DNA from: Octopus sinensis
Lineage: Eukaryota
DNA length: 64,000 bases
Assembly (NCBI RefSeq): GCF_006345805.1
Contig: NC_043005.1
Span: 10,354,001 to 10,418,000, forward strand
Reading direction: 5' to 3'
The translations under genes and the position numbers were made by a program. Below are positions 24,045-37,931 of the stretch, piece by piece (position 1 is the stretch's first letter; each line of letters starts with the position of its first letter). Under the pieces are notes generated by a model. It did not search any database, had not been told where the DNA came from, and saw only the letters and a program-made list of their open reading frames with translations.

Positions 24045-24768
24045 ACATATGTGTGTGATTGCCTATGTATTGCATATGTGTATGTGTCTATCTTTGTCTA
24101 CAATTGCAATATATAATTTTAAAAATCAAACAGAAATCTTACCTTTATTGCTTTCCAACATAATACATGTTACTATTTTACTTGTTTGCAAATGTTACTT
24201 GGCCAGATGTGACTAACAGGTATTGTTGTTTATACCTAGGTTAGCCCTTTTTGAATAGACAAATAACAAAAATGAATTCAGTTATGACCATCACATCTTT
24301 TATTTAGATGTAATTTACCTAGAACTACACTGTCTAGTGAGCTTTTTCTATATTTGAGTGTGATTTGAGGAAGATTTGGTTGTTATTTCTGGCAAATCAA
24401 CAAAGTTCTCATTAGCTAATGATGTAGTTGTGGACAACTGTAAATTCTGACCAAAATAAACAAAAATGTGTGATAACAGTTTAAATAGTTTTAATTATAT
24501 TTTCTACTGGGTGATGAATATACCTGGGTCAAGCTATGTTGACCACAATAAATTGAAGATATGATACTAGGAATCATTTTTGTTGGTTGCCAAGAAAATA
24601 ATACAGAGAAAAGATTACTCTGTTACCAGTGTAGAGATGAACATCGCGTTCTACAATCCTGATGGTGACACACGCATGTGTGTGCGTGTACACTCACACA
24701 CACATACACATGTACACACACACATGCACACACACACACATGCACACGTGTGCACATACACACACATG

Positions 24769-24800
<32 letters not shown>

Positions 24801-25308
24801 CATGTGTTTGTGTGATACTTGTAGTTGGTGGTAAGCCAACAAAGAAACCAACAGAACATATCATATATATATACGTACCAGATAGAAGTGTGTGTATGCA
24901 TGCCTGTCAACCACTGTAAACAGTGTCAGGTGGTAATCTCACCTATGCCAGATCTTCAGTACTCCTCTACGTTAGCTTTTTCACCACAGAGACCAGAAAC
25001 ACCTGTCTAAGTTATTGATTGATCAGAAAAGTTAATAGTGTAAGATAGTTTAGGTGCCAGTTTTTCTGACTTATTGGTACACGTGTGGTGTACCAATTGA
25101 TTGATTCAAAAAGTAATGAAGGTTTGGCTCAGCTGAAATTAAGCTGTCAACCTGTGGATTTATGTTTGAGTTACTGATATGCTTCATCTAATTTACTTCA
25201 GATTCTCAGATTCTTAGAAGCAGTCTTATATTAAATATGAGTAATTGTGAGAAAGAAACATAGGGGCAAAATTACTGTACAATATATATATAATAATCTG
25301 CATCTAAC

Positions 25309-25476
25309 ATAGGCGCAGGAGTGGCTGTGTGGTAAGTAGCTTGTTTACCAACCACATGGTTCCGGGTTCAGTCCCACTGCATGGCACCTTGGGTAAGTGT
25401 CTTCTACTATAGCCTTGGGCCGACCAAAGCCTTGTGAGTGGATTTGGTAGATGGAAACTGAGAGAAGCCCGTCGTA

Positions 25477-25523
<47 letters not shown>

Positions 25524-25733
25524 TTGTGCGTCTGTGTTTGTCCCCCTAGCATTGCTTGACAACCGATGCTGGTGTGTTTATGTCCCCGTTACTTAGCAGT
25601 TCAGCAAAAGAGACCGATAGAATAAGTACTGGGCTTACAAAAGAATAAGTCCTGGGGTCGAGTTGCTCGATTAAAGGCGGTGCTCCAGCATGGCCGCAGT
25701 CAAATGACTGAAACAAGTAAAAGAGTAAGAGTA
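25309..25733 (+). mobile_element. SINE family A copy
   Basis: Full length. Confidence 0.9.
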
Positions 25734-26328
25734 ACACTCTAAATCTCAATGAAGATTTAGAATGTTAGAAATACATATAAGTTTAAAATATTTTGATTTG
25801 CTTCATTTCAAAGAAAAATCAAACATGTGTATACAAAATCTGTACATGCATGCATTATTATTTTAGTGTCACGGATGAAATAGAGACGGATAAAATATGT
25901 AGTTTTGGGCCTTTACAATCTAACTTTCAAAACCCATGACAGTTGACTTTGACCTTTGTTCTTCAGGTGTCAGTAAGTTAAATACTGAGTTAGGATAGTT
26001 TCAATTGACTATTCTCATTCCCTCAAAATTTATAGTTTTGTGCCGAAATTACAAGTCATTAATTTTACATTAGCAGATAGGGTAAATTGCTGAAGTGCTT
26101 TACAATAATTAGTTACATCCTTTACATTTTGAGTACACATACCTTTAAAGGCCAATGTTACTCTTTATCCTTTTAGTCACTTACTACATCAATTAAATCA
26201 AGTCTACTCCCTTTCACCTAAAATTTTAACTCTGTGCCTCTGATTAAAATCATTATCTTTTTAGAATCTTCACATTCAGTTTGAATATGAATTCATATAT
26301 TTCACACACACATAATTTTTTTTCAGTA

Positions 26329-26736
26329 TATAGGCGTAGGAATGGCTGTATGGTAAGTAGCTTGCTTACCAACCACATGGTTTGGGGTTCAGTCCCACTG
26401 TGTGGCACCTTGGGCAAGTGTCTTCTACTATAGCCTCGGGCCGACCAAAGCCTTGTGAGAGGATTTGGTAGACGGAAGCTGAAAGAAGCCCGTCATATAT
26501 ATATGTATATATATATATATGTGTGTGTGTATATGTTTGTGTGTCTGTGTTTGTCCCCCTAGCATTGCTTGACAACCGATGCTGGTGTGTTTACGTCACC
26601 GTTACTTAGTGGTTTGGCAAAAGAGATGGATAGAATAAGTACTAGACTTACAAAATGTAAGTCCTGGGGTTGATATGCTCGACTAAAGACAGTGCTCCGG
26701 CATGGCCACGGTCAAATGCCTGAAACAAGTAAAAGA
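26329..26736 (+). mobile_element. SINE family A copy
   Basis: Full length, moderately diverged. Confidence 0.9.
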
Positions 26737-27258
26737 AGGAGTATATATAACATATAGCTAATAAAATAAATCTTTATGAAAATCTATATTAACTAAAGAT
26801 TATTTAAATAGCAGATAAATATTTATAAATCAAATAATACTTTCACATTAACAACAAAGATTTTGATTACAATATTTTTTAAGGGTTTGGATGGGTACAA
26901 TTGTTTGATTCCAGTATAATTCTAGTATTTATTTCATTGATTCTGGCAAGGTGAAAATAAGATTACTTGCTGCTTTATTTGAACTTGGAACCATCAGAGA
27001 TGAAAGTAAAAACATCAAAACATTTTGTGTGTAGTTTTATTGTCTTAGCAAAATTCACTGCTCTGTGTATTGACACCTACTGAAAATAGCATTGAAAATA
27101 ATCTTTAATGCATGAGTATTAATTCTATTGTATGTGTGAGGCAGGTGGTTAGATAGGGTGTGTGTATGTGTGTATATACACTCACTCAAGTATGTATGTA
27201 TATATATATATGTATGTATGTATGCACACATGTATGTATATGTATGCACACATGTATG

Positions 27259-27314
<56 letters not shown>

Positions 27315-27857
27315 CATACACACACATATACACACATACACATACATGTACACAGAAAATGTGAGTGAGAGAGAGGGAGATGATTTTATCTTTAATAAGC
27401 TTTTAAAACTATTAGGAGGCTAACTAATCTAAAATCAATCTAACATTATCTTAATCTAACCTTTAAATTCAGCATGTTCTTTAATTTAATTAGAGGAATT
27501 CCTCAAAGGAATTTTGATGTAAAGAATATTAAATTTCATTAGTTAAAAAATGTATAAAAATCAGAATTTTTAAAACAGAATAACAAAGCATTTTGGATGT
27601 TAAAATAGTTTCCATATTATTAATTTCTCTTTGATTTATCTTTAACACATAAACTCACTAGTGTTGTAAATCAAGTAAAACAGTTACCATTATTTGATAT
27701 AATATAATTAATGGCAGTTTTTAATAAGATTGAAATAAAAATTGATTTCTTTAGTCCGTGCTGGTTTACTCATATATACTAAATATATTACTCACATATA
27801 ATATATGTTTCTAGAGCAGGGATTTCAAGGTGTAAAAAGAATTCAGATTTCATATAA

Positions 27858-28211
27858 ATATGGGCATGGATTCACTGAAGCTCCGGCGTCTGGCGATGGA
27901 CTTGGTAAACACCCACAAAGTTATCAACCATCTCACCAACAACAACACTGAACACCTTTTTGATCTCCATTTGTCTAACACACGTGGACATGCCTACAAA
28001 GTCAGAAAACAACACAGCTCCCATGACTTTCGGAAACATTTTTTCACGCTCAGAGTTGCTGAAGCATGGAACAAACTGCCTGCGTCAGTTGTTGACTGCC
28101 ATGACACTGCATCCTTTAAGGCCCTCATGCTTTCCAAAATCCGCCGAAACTACACCTGATTATATATACACTTTAGATGAGTTGTAGTGCACCTGAGCAC
28201 TGTACACAATG

Positions 28212-28243
<32 letters not shown>
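27858..28243 (+). mobile_element. CR1 family 2, 3' fragment with open C-terminal ORF
   Basis: ORF 27860..28159 has SLKLRRLAMDL, TRGHAYKVRK and FFTLRVAEAWNKLP (CR1 C-terminal motifs), then a 3'UTR and (ATT)n tail. Confidence 0.9.
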
Positions 28244-29245
28244 AAAAGAAGTTTATAAACAGAATGATTTGCTGATGTCAAGTTTAAATTTAGTAAAAAT
28301 TTCATATTTAATAGGTCACTCTATGTATGCAGAGAAAAAATATATATTCATTTGTTTATACTAAGGATATTTTTCCATGCTAATATAGGTTAGATCAGTA
28401 TTTCTTAACCATATTTTTTATAGTCTTTTAAGTAGTTGTTATGACTAGTGCCCATGTAGGTGGTAAGATAACTTGACTAAACTAACTTAACTTGGATGAT
28501 CATTTATAAGTTCTACTCTAAACTGGATTGTATAAGCTTTTAACAGTGAGATGATAAAATATTAATAAAGACAAAAGTCGTAAATTTACTTTATACATCA
28601 CTAGTTAATGACTTCCCTGTGCCTGTTCAGATCTCATTTAATTACCATCATTAGTTTTATCATGTTTAATATAATTACTCCTATAGGAGTATGTTAATTA
28701 TGTTACCTTACTGTCCCCTAAAACCTAATGTCCACTTCAACATGCCTAGTACTCCCTTGGGTGTGCTACTGCCCATGTTGAGAACTGATGGGTTACATGA
28801 ATATGTCCCTTATCCAACTCATGCTACACACACACACACACAATTTACCAAGGTAGTTCTAGCAAATTAGACATGGCCGGTACGGTCTGAAACACATCTA
28901 AGTTTTATATATATATGTAAATATAGTAAGTGTAGAAATTAATATTATTAAATAATATCAATTTCAGCCAATGGTCAGCATACTTAAAAAACGTCCAAAG
29001 ACCATGAATTATATTTAAATATAAATAAGTGGATCCCTTGTATGCTAAAGATAGATGTCTATTTTTAGCAGACAACAGATCCACTTAGTGGTCTCTCCTC
29101 TTATTTATATATATATAATCGGTCGATAATTCATAAATCCCAAAAGAAGCACGCTCTAAAATTTTAGACCTGTAATACTTAGAAGGTTCTTTATTATGGC
29201 TGTTCAGAGAGTGACTGTTGTTGATTTTGCACCTATGAAGCTCTT

Positions 29246-29492
29246 CATCATCATCATTGTTCGACCGTGGTCGAGACAATGGAGTTTACCAGGCTACGCC
29301 AGACTTCACGGTCCATCATGGTATTACGGAGGTCCTGTTGCTGGATGCCTGTATCCCAGGAGATTACATCAGGTAGGAGAATGTGCGCCCTCTGGTATTG
29401 CGAGTAGATGGCTTCCAGAGGAGAAGAGTAGAAATTACCTCTTTTTCAGCTCTACAACAATGTCCAGCAAACTGGACTCTCTTACCTTTCAC
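29246..29492 (-). mobile_element. RTE family 2, 5'-truncated, with 11-bp TSD
   Basis: Homologous to 49275-49531. TSD ATGAAGCTCTT at 29235-45 and 29493-503. Confidence 0.9.
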
Positions 29493-29631
29493 ATGAAGCT
29501 CTTAGTGGCATAAGTAACTTGTCAAACTCTTTGCTCAGTACCTCCAGTCAATGAGTCACCTATGCCACTGAGAGCTTTATAGGTGTGAAATTAATGGTTA
29601 CTCTCTAGCTGGCCATAACAAACAATGTTCT

Positions 29632-29664
<33 letters not shown>

Positions 29665-31747
29665 TACATAAAACATGAAACTTAGAAATGTTTCAACCAG
29701 AATTGGCCCTATCCAATAACACTATCTTGTAAAATTCTTTGAATTATGATTAGGTCATGTTTTGTGTCACCATAGCCCACTCAAGTAAGGAGCTGTTTAC
29801 TTGTAAAGCAATACAAACAAAATATGAGGATACCAAAAGTGTTATGCTTAGCGTCCCATATCAACGTATGTAGATATGGGACGTTCGTGTTCGTGTGAAA
29901 CATTTTACTATTGTTGTTTTGTAAGTATAAATTCAGTACATATATTACAGTATATATACAGTATAGTACTGTATATATTACTTATGACTAGTGGTATGTT
30001 TTCTGCAATAGTTTTCATGTTATTCATCAAACATGATATGATTGATTGAAAGATAGATAATTTTTTGCTTACACATTACATTATGAAAAATATATTATTA
30101 TAATCAGGAAAACAGACCTAAAATACATTATTCAAATTATGCGACATGGCACTGTTCATGTTTATTATTCATTCTTCAGTTTCTTCTAAATGTTAGCTAT
30201 TTATAAAGTTTTCCAACTTCATAATCAAATGAATGCAGACTAAATAATTTTATGGACAAAAAATTAAACTTTGCAAAATTTCATACAATCTCTTAATTGA
30301 TCTAATCTAGCCTGTCATAATATATGAAAGTGTCATTAAACTATACAGCAGTAGTTGCTTTGCAAATATAATTTTCTTCCATATTCACCAGTGTTGTGTA
30401 CTCTGTATTACATATGTTGTTTGTTCACAATATTTCTTTAGGGGTGTGGCTTTAATTTATGATGAGCGAATATCTCATAAAACTTGCTGCCAGTAGAAGG
30501 TTGCCCATACCTGACATACATGCTCTTTTATTAACAATCTTTTGATGTTCTTTATAGAAGTGAATGTGTAAAATTTTAATATTACATGAAAGTAGTGCTC
30601 TAACTTAGTCATAGACCTGAGTTCTCTAGATTAAGGTGCATGGCTGCATTTCACTCTTTGTTGGAAAAGGAAAGGCATAAATACATGAACATTTTATTTC
30701 ATTTCTTCACATTAGATAAAAAAGATTAGGCAAAATGTTTATTGCAAGGTCTTGAGTGTTTGATGAAAGTAAGTGAGGTAGCTTTGGAGACTTTAGCATG
30801 CTAATTGTTATTTAATCCTAATCCAGCCTTGATCAAATAGATTTGTGATCAAAACATTCTTGATATGGACATTAATTCTTTTAAGATGTATGTAGGATTA
30901 TATTAACCAATGAATTGTTTTTTTAAGACAGTAGGATGTGACCTGAGGGGGATATGAGTGCTATTTCTAGCAGGTTGAGTGATAATTAGAGATTCCCTCA
31001 TTGGGTTGCTAGTTTACAGAAACAGAAGCTGTTGTAGTAGTAGAGATAGAAGAAGCAGAGAGGAGAAACAGTATCTCCCTAAACCTGTGTTTGCAGCATG
31101 TTGGTATGTGAATCATTGACAAATATGCTGGATGACCTTTCTCTTTAAAATATGATCTAGAATGCCTGTGTGTAGAGAGTGTAGCTGTAGCAGCTGTTTC
31201 CCTTATATGTGAACAGTATCCCAATGTGGATCAGATATGAGCTCTATAAAGAGTCAGAAAGGGACAAACTCTGAAGAATTTTCATGCTCTGAAGTGGAAG
31301 TATAGTATTTGGAATGTAATTTTTAACAATATCAGACCTATTCAGTAACTTTATTACTATTGAAAATAATGATTTTTTGTCAACAGAAATGATAAGTGTG
31401 ATAATTAAAACTTCAAGATGAACATTGAAAATCTAATAACATCTGATTATATGACATATTCTTAATGTAAATTCAGGTTTGAGAATTATTTCAAAATTAG
31501 ATTTTAAATAGATTCTGTATTTTCTGCATAAAGAAACAAGTAGAAAATCATATTTTGATATATTTTTATTTATATCACTTGACAACTATACTTCATGTGT
31601 GTATGAGTCTATCAGTATATGGTTTAATGTGTCTGCCCATCTGTGTATATGTAATTCTGTATATTAATAAGTTGTCTTTTATGAAATTTCTTCAAATTTC
31701 TTGTAATTTTAAATTGTGTTCACTCACATATGGCTTTGAATTCAAAT

Positions 31748-31779
<32 letters not shown>

Positions 31780-32430
31780 CAAGGTCATCGTTTTCCCTTT
31801 GGTGTCTAAAGTATTGGACTACTTTTATTCTATGGCTTTGTATTGCAATGAAATGAGTATTCACATTTATATATTCTTCTACAAAGAAAAGAATAAAAAC
31901 AACCTGATCTAAAAATGATTAAATAACACCTAAAATGTCTTGACTGCTGAAGTTGACATTAATGGAAGATGATAGTTTTAATCTAGTATCTATTTGTTTT
32001 TATATTTTGTTAATATTGTCATGTTGGCAAAGACTAGGTCTTAAGTTTTTGATTATGCCATATTTCAAGCAAGAATATCCACTAAACTACTATCAGTTAT
32101 TTGTTGTTTGACTTTATTTTCTTTGGTGGCAGAGGAACCCTCCCTCCAGATCATTTATTGTGTTTAGTTAACTTTTTTGTACTTTGGTAGGCTTTGTGGT
32201 TAAGATCACTTTACATCCACATAGTTTTGGCAATCCCACTGCATGGCTACTTTACCAAATTCCCTTTAATATAGGCTCAAGCTAAATAGTGCCTTGTGAG
32301 CAAATTTGGTTGACTGAATGAGTAATAAGCCAGTCATGTGCACACATGCTTGTGAGTGTGAATATACATGATTATTGATATTTTGCTTGTCACTGTTTAA
32401 GCAAAAGAGGTGGTAATGTTGACATTATGA

Positions 32431-32596
32431 CTACTCGCAATACCAGAGGGCGTACACTCTCCTACCCTGATGTAATCTCCAGGGATACAGGCATCCAGCA
32501 ACAGGACCTCCGTAATGCCATGATGGACCGTGAAGTCTTTTGTAGCATGGTAAATTCCATTGTCTCGACCACGGTCGAACAATGATGATGATGATG
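32431..32596 (+). mobile_element. RTE family 2, shorter 3' fragment
   Basis: Near-identical to the 3' part of 49275-49531, with (GAT)n tail. Confidence 0.85.
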
Positions 32597-34203
32597 ACTG
32601 GTTCCTCTGTGCTTTAGACTTATGGTGTATAAAAACCTAAAAGACAGGTAAAGGTTGGATACAGGAGAAGCATCAGGCATGAAATCATAAAGTCCTGTAT
32701 CAGAATCAGTTCTTCTCCAAGTCATGCTGGCATGGAAAAAACTGGTTACTAAATGAATGACCACACAGTTGAGCAAAGTCACTAAAAGAGAGATGTACAT
32801 CATTTGCCATTGAATTTTCAAGTCCGGTTAACACAAAATGTTAGCAGGAACTTTAAAGTACAAACCAAAGTTGTGTCTGAACAGATGCCAATGAGATGTA
32901 GTTATTTTCAGTCACTCCTTTTGTGAAGCTGTATGTTCCTGATTTCGTTTAGTTAATGAACGTAGGGGGAAAATGTATCTATTTGCAATGGAAAGAATCC
33001 AGCATTTTCATCTCACACTGTTATTTTCTGTTTATCTAATTTATAAAGTAGCTTAGGTCATACAAATACATTATAGATGTACAAACGAAACTTTCTGCTC
33101 ACACGATTTTATCAGAACTTCAGAGATCACATGGACTAATTTAGTAGTATCTACAATTAAATTATATGAAGTATATTTTCCTAGATATTGTTTTTAGCAG
33201 TCAGAAATTAAAACAAAAAGAATGAACAAATAGCTACTGAAATAGAGTTATATGAAAGATAAACCAAATTAGTGTTAGAAAAACTGTAATTCAGTTTAAG
33301 CTCACACTATTTACCTTCAAAATATTGAGGTAAAAATAGCACAATTTTAAAAGAAATGATAAAGAAAACAGATTTAGATATAGCTACCTCACTCCTACAT
33401 TATGGAAGTATTGCATTCTTGGAAATCTTGCCATAATGTGGAATTCTAAATGACATCCTTACTCCCTCGTATGGATGTCAATGGACAACTGATTTCACAT
33501 AATGGAATATTATGTTACAGCAAGGTTTTTCAGAAGTGAAGCCTATAGTTAATATGTGAGTGTGAGACTGTAGTATAACTAGTAACACAGTCACTAGGCA
33601 AGTGGTTTTGAATTCTATCAGTGGGTCTGTTGATTTTTTTTTTTTCATATCTTATACCAACTTGTAGGTATGGAGTATATATCAGTTTTCTTACATCTCA
33701 CCACGAAACACATATATACTTCCATAATACCAGCACTCTTCTAAAATATTCCTATGCTTTACAGAAGCCTATGGAGTTTCTGTTAAGGTGCTGATGGCAA
33801 CATAAAGCTGTTGAAGGATCAAAGCTCTTTTCAAACCCCACTTCCTGCAGTTTTCTGTTATCTAAGCCTCTAATATATAGAAAATGCATATGTTCATGTT
33901 ACAGGAATGAAGATGTATCAACTTCATAATAGCTGGAATATATTTAAGAATGACTCTCCTGCCTCACTCTTCTCTCCTCATGATTATTATTATGCCCACC
34001 TCTGCACTAACAACTACATCCATTCCCTCCTGTCTAGAATGTTTACCTTCTGGAATTCTTTATTTGCCTGTATTTTCCTATGGCTAGAAACTTTAAAATA
34101 TTTGAGAGAAACGTTTACTAAATCACATCAGTATCAAAGGACTTGTATTCTTGAAACTCTTCACACTAAATCAATAAAAAAAAGAGCCTCCTTTATAGAT
34201 GTA

Positions 34204-34601
34204 CTAGCAGTATCACCCGGCGTTGCTCGGGTTTGTAAGGGAAATAACTATAAAGCATTTTTAGAGATGTAAAGTATAATAGCCATCTCAATATGGCTAA
34301 CCACAAAGGGGGTGGGGTGTTACTGTAGCTTTTTACGTTCTGAGATTTAATAATACATTTTTAGAGAGTTACTTCCCTTATATATGCCAAAAATGCATTA
34401 AAAATGGGAAAAATTGATGGTAATTTTTTTTTTTAATTGTAGACTTATCGTAGACGCGTGCTAATACCCAGAAGGGCTCGATATGAATCACGACTATAAG
34501 ATACCCGGTTTTGGTTAAACTGCACCACAAAATGTGGGAGTAGTTAGGAATCTAAATCGTAGGAGACAGACAGCACACAACCTATCTTTTATATATAAAG
34601 A
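34204..34601 (-). mobile_element. Non-autonomous Helitron, copy 2
   Basis: Same termini as 3406-3802 (TC...hairpin...CTAG), A|T target site, different internal segment. Confidence 0.85.
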
Positions 34602-34734
34602 TTACTTAATTCTAAGACAAAGTTTAGTAAACATAATCTTTACAAGCTTTCCCAGACTGGTAATGTCAACGATATAGTTAAACTCTTGTTGGGAAAGGTA
34701 TAACTTGATACCTAAGACCATTGTCAATCATCAG

Positions 34735-35070
34735 TATTGTTTAATGTCCATTCTAGTTTGGGTTGGATGGCTTGACAGGATCCAACTGGTCCAAAGACTG
34801 TATCAGGCTTCACTGTCTACTTTGGCATAGTTTCTATGACTGAATGCCTTTCCTAATGTCAATCACTTTACAGTATGTGCTGGATTTTTTTTTTTTTTTT
34901 TTGTATTACCCAGCAGCAAGACTATAAACTCCAAGAGAGGCAGCTTTATGCTAGGAGATGAAAAACTTAAAGTATAAGAGAAGAACCCAGATTAGAACAG
35001 GTTTCTTTTTGTAGACATAGCTACTCACATCTTAGAAGAGGTGAGAAGGGATAAAAATAGTGGTAATGAA
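34735..35070 (-). mobile_element. Diverged RTE-type 3'UTR repeat
   Basis: GGGTTGGATGG...ATGCCTTTCCTAATGTC motif. Segment 34900-35070 is shared with 37040-37215. Confidence 0.6.
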
Positions 35071-35616
35071 GTATTTGGGTAGAACCTCAAGGTATGAGGG
35101 GAACAGAAGTGAGTGGGAACATAAAAACTGGGGAAATGGATAGATAGAGGTTGCAAGTGTGTGAGAAGGTGGGTGAGTGAGAGATGGGCAATTAGTGAAG
35201 GGATGAATATAATGAATGAAGAACAAGTTTTGACAGATGATAAGGGCGGTAAAGTAGAGTAGTTGAGAACTGAAGAGATTGGATAAAGTGAGGGATGGAT
35301 GTAGTGATTGGTGCATAAGGGCTGGGGTGACGAATGAAAATATAGGAATGAAGAACAGTAGCAAAGTTATGGTACATTCAACCTGAAAACGAAGAAGAAA
35401 GAGATGATATTTTACAAATGGTGATTTGTCTGAAACTTACTGATGATTTATTCAACTGGTTGCATAAGCTGTCAGGTGAAACATGAAGTCCTGGTTAAAA
35501 CAACTTTTACAATAAATTTGACTTGACTTTCAGTGTTGAGTCTCTCCATCAGAAAATGTTTTCTTGTTATTCTTAAACTTGCTGTAAAATACTAACTTAA
35601 AATTAACATTTACATA

Positions 35617-36025
35617 ATAGGCACAGGGATGGCTGTGTGGTAAGTAGCTTGCTAACCAAACACATGGTTCCAGGTTCAGTCCCACTGCGTGGCATCTTGG
35701 GCAGGTGTCTTCTGCTATAGCCCCGGGCCAACCAATGCCTTGTGAGTGGATTTGGTAGACGGAAACTGAAAGAAGCCTGTCGTATATATGTATATATATA
35801 TATATGTGTGTGTTTGTGTGTCTGTGTTTGTTCCCCTAGCATCGCTTGACAACCGATGCTGGTGTGTTTACGTCCCCATCACTTAGCGGTTCGGCAAAAA
35901 GAGACCAATAGAATAAGTACTGGCCTTACAAAAAGAATAAGTCCCGGGGTCGAGTTGCTCGACTAAAGGTGATGCTCCAGCATGGCCGCAGTCAAATGAC
36001 TGAAACAAGTAAAAGAGTAAAGAGT
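35617..36025 (+). mobile_element. SINE family A copy
   Basis: Full length. Confidence 0.9.
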
Positions 36026-36374
36026 ATAAGTAATGACGTTTCCTAAAAATTCTATTTACAAATCACATGCAGGTATAGTAGGCTGTGGTAAATACACCAC
36101 AGCAATGCATAGGAAGTGTACTAATTAATTTTCGTTGATCAATTTAATTCTTTACTTTTTTCTCATTTGTATAACTTCCCCAGCATGCAGCAAACTCTAG
36201 CTACTTGGATGAATTACTTTCCCAGCATGCAGCAGTCTCTAGCAACTGGTAGTCAAGCCAGCCTAGAAATTCTATACCTTATAATTGATACCTGACACTT
36301 TAAACAAAACAATAAATAAAAGCCCACAACATTTTTAACAGAAACAACATAAAAGCTTGACATGGCATACACTC

Positions 36375-36639
36375 TTCTAATGCATATATATATATATGTA
36401 TGTGTGTATATACATATATATATATGTATATATATGTTTGTATGTATGTATATTTATATATATATGTATATATGTATGTGCATATATATATGTATATACA
36501 TGTATGTATACATATTTCTATATATGTGTGTGTATATATATATATGTGCATATATATATATATATACATGTATGTATGTATATGTATTTATATATATGTG
36601 TGTATTTATATATATATATGTATATATATACATGTATAT

Positions 36640-36708
<69 letters not shown>

Positions 36709-36750
36709 ATATATATTTATATGTGTGTCTATGTGTATGTTTTATGTGTA
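36375..36750. repeat. Compound (TA)n/(TATG)n microsatellite
   Basis: Direct inspection. Explains the ORFs at 36300-36843. Confidence 0.95.
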
Positions 36751-37785
36751 TGTATCAAGAGAACACAAATAGTTTTCAAAATTTATGACAGTTGTTTCAG
36801 AGGAATTTTTATTGGTGCATTCATGGAGTACATCATGACATAATCCACCACCTACAGGTAAAATTTTAAACAGGTGAGATTTCATACATTGAACATAATG
36901 AATCCAATGTGACAAGATTTTCAAGAATACACTAATCCAATGACGTCAATGTTTGATTCATGAAATTTCACCTGCTAAAAATTTTATTTGAAGATGGTAG
37001 ATTATATTTTGTGACGTACTGGTTTGCTTTTTTTTTTTTTTGTATTATCCGGCAGTTGTGAGGTTGCCCTGTAGCTTGCAAAACTATGAACCCCAGGAGC
37101 GACAACTTTATACTAAGAGATGAAGGGTTAATGTATGAGAGAAGAGCCCAGAGCAGAACAGGTTTCTTGCTGTAGACAGGGCTACTCACATCTTAGAGTG
37201 AAAAGAGATAAAAGTAGTGTTGAAATTCTATCAAAAAAAGCTGTCAAAAGTTTTAAATGCCATTTGTATTCTTTTTATACCTACACCACGCCTGGAACCA
37301 ACCCCTGAGTCAGATCTACAGTTTAAATTGGATTTGTACTTACATATCTATAGTATTCTACCAATACTTGATACCTTCATTGTTGTTTACCTCACTGGGA
37401 ACTCTATGTTATCGTACCTAGCAATTTCTAGCATGCCTAGGTTCTATTGAATCCTTATACCTAATACCTACACACACACAAACACACACACACACATGCA
37501 CACACACATACACACTACAAGAGTACCCCATGGAAAAGCATCACTCTTCATAAAATCATAGTTATGGAAGAAAAAAATTCATTTCATTAAATAAATCACT
37601 TGCATTATATTTATCATGGCAAGGCCTCTATGTTTGGTTTAGAAGCTTATTTCACGGCCACATGATTCTGAATTTCTTTCTGATGCATTGTTTGGGGGGA
37701 TAAATGTTTTTTCACAGTAACTGTGGGCTGTTCAATACCTTGTGGGTAGAATCTGATAGACACAAACTGACTGACAGCCCAAACA

Positions 37786-37931
<146 letters not shown>

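Noticed and set aside
30499-30513. Single hAT-like TIR GGTTGCCCATACCTG
   Set aside because: No partner TIR or TSD found.
31018-31101. 84-nt plus-strand exon-like segment ending G|GTATGT
   Set aside because: Weak acceptor and no recognisable product.
35032-35389. 110-aa minus-strand ORF behind a strong acceptor-like tract
   Set aside because: G-poor strand lacks stops by composition, it adjoins a repeat, and the peptide is unrecognisable.
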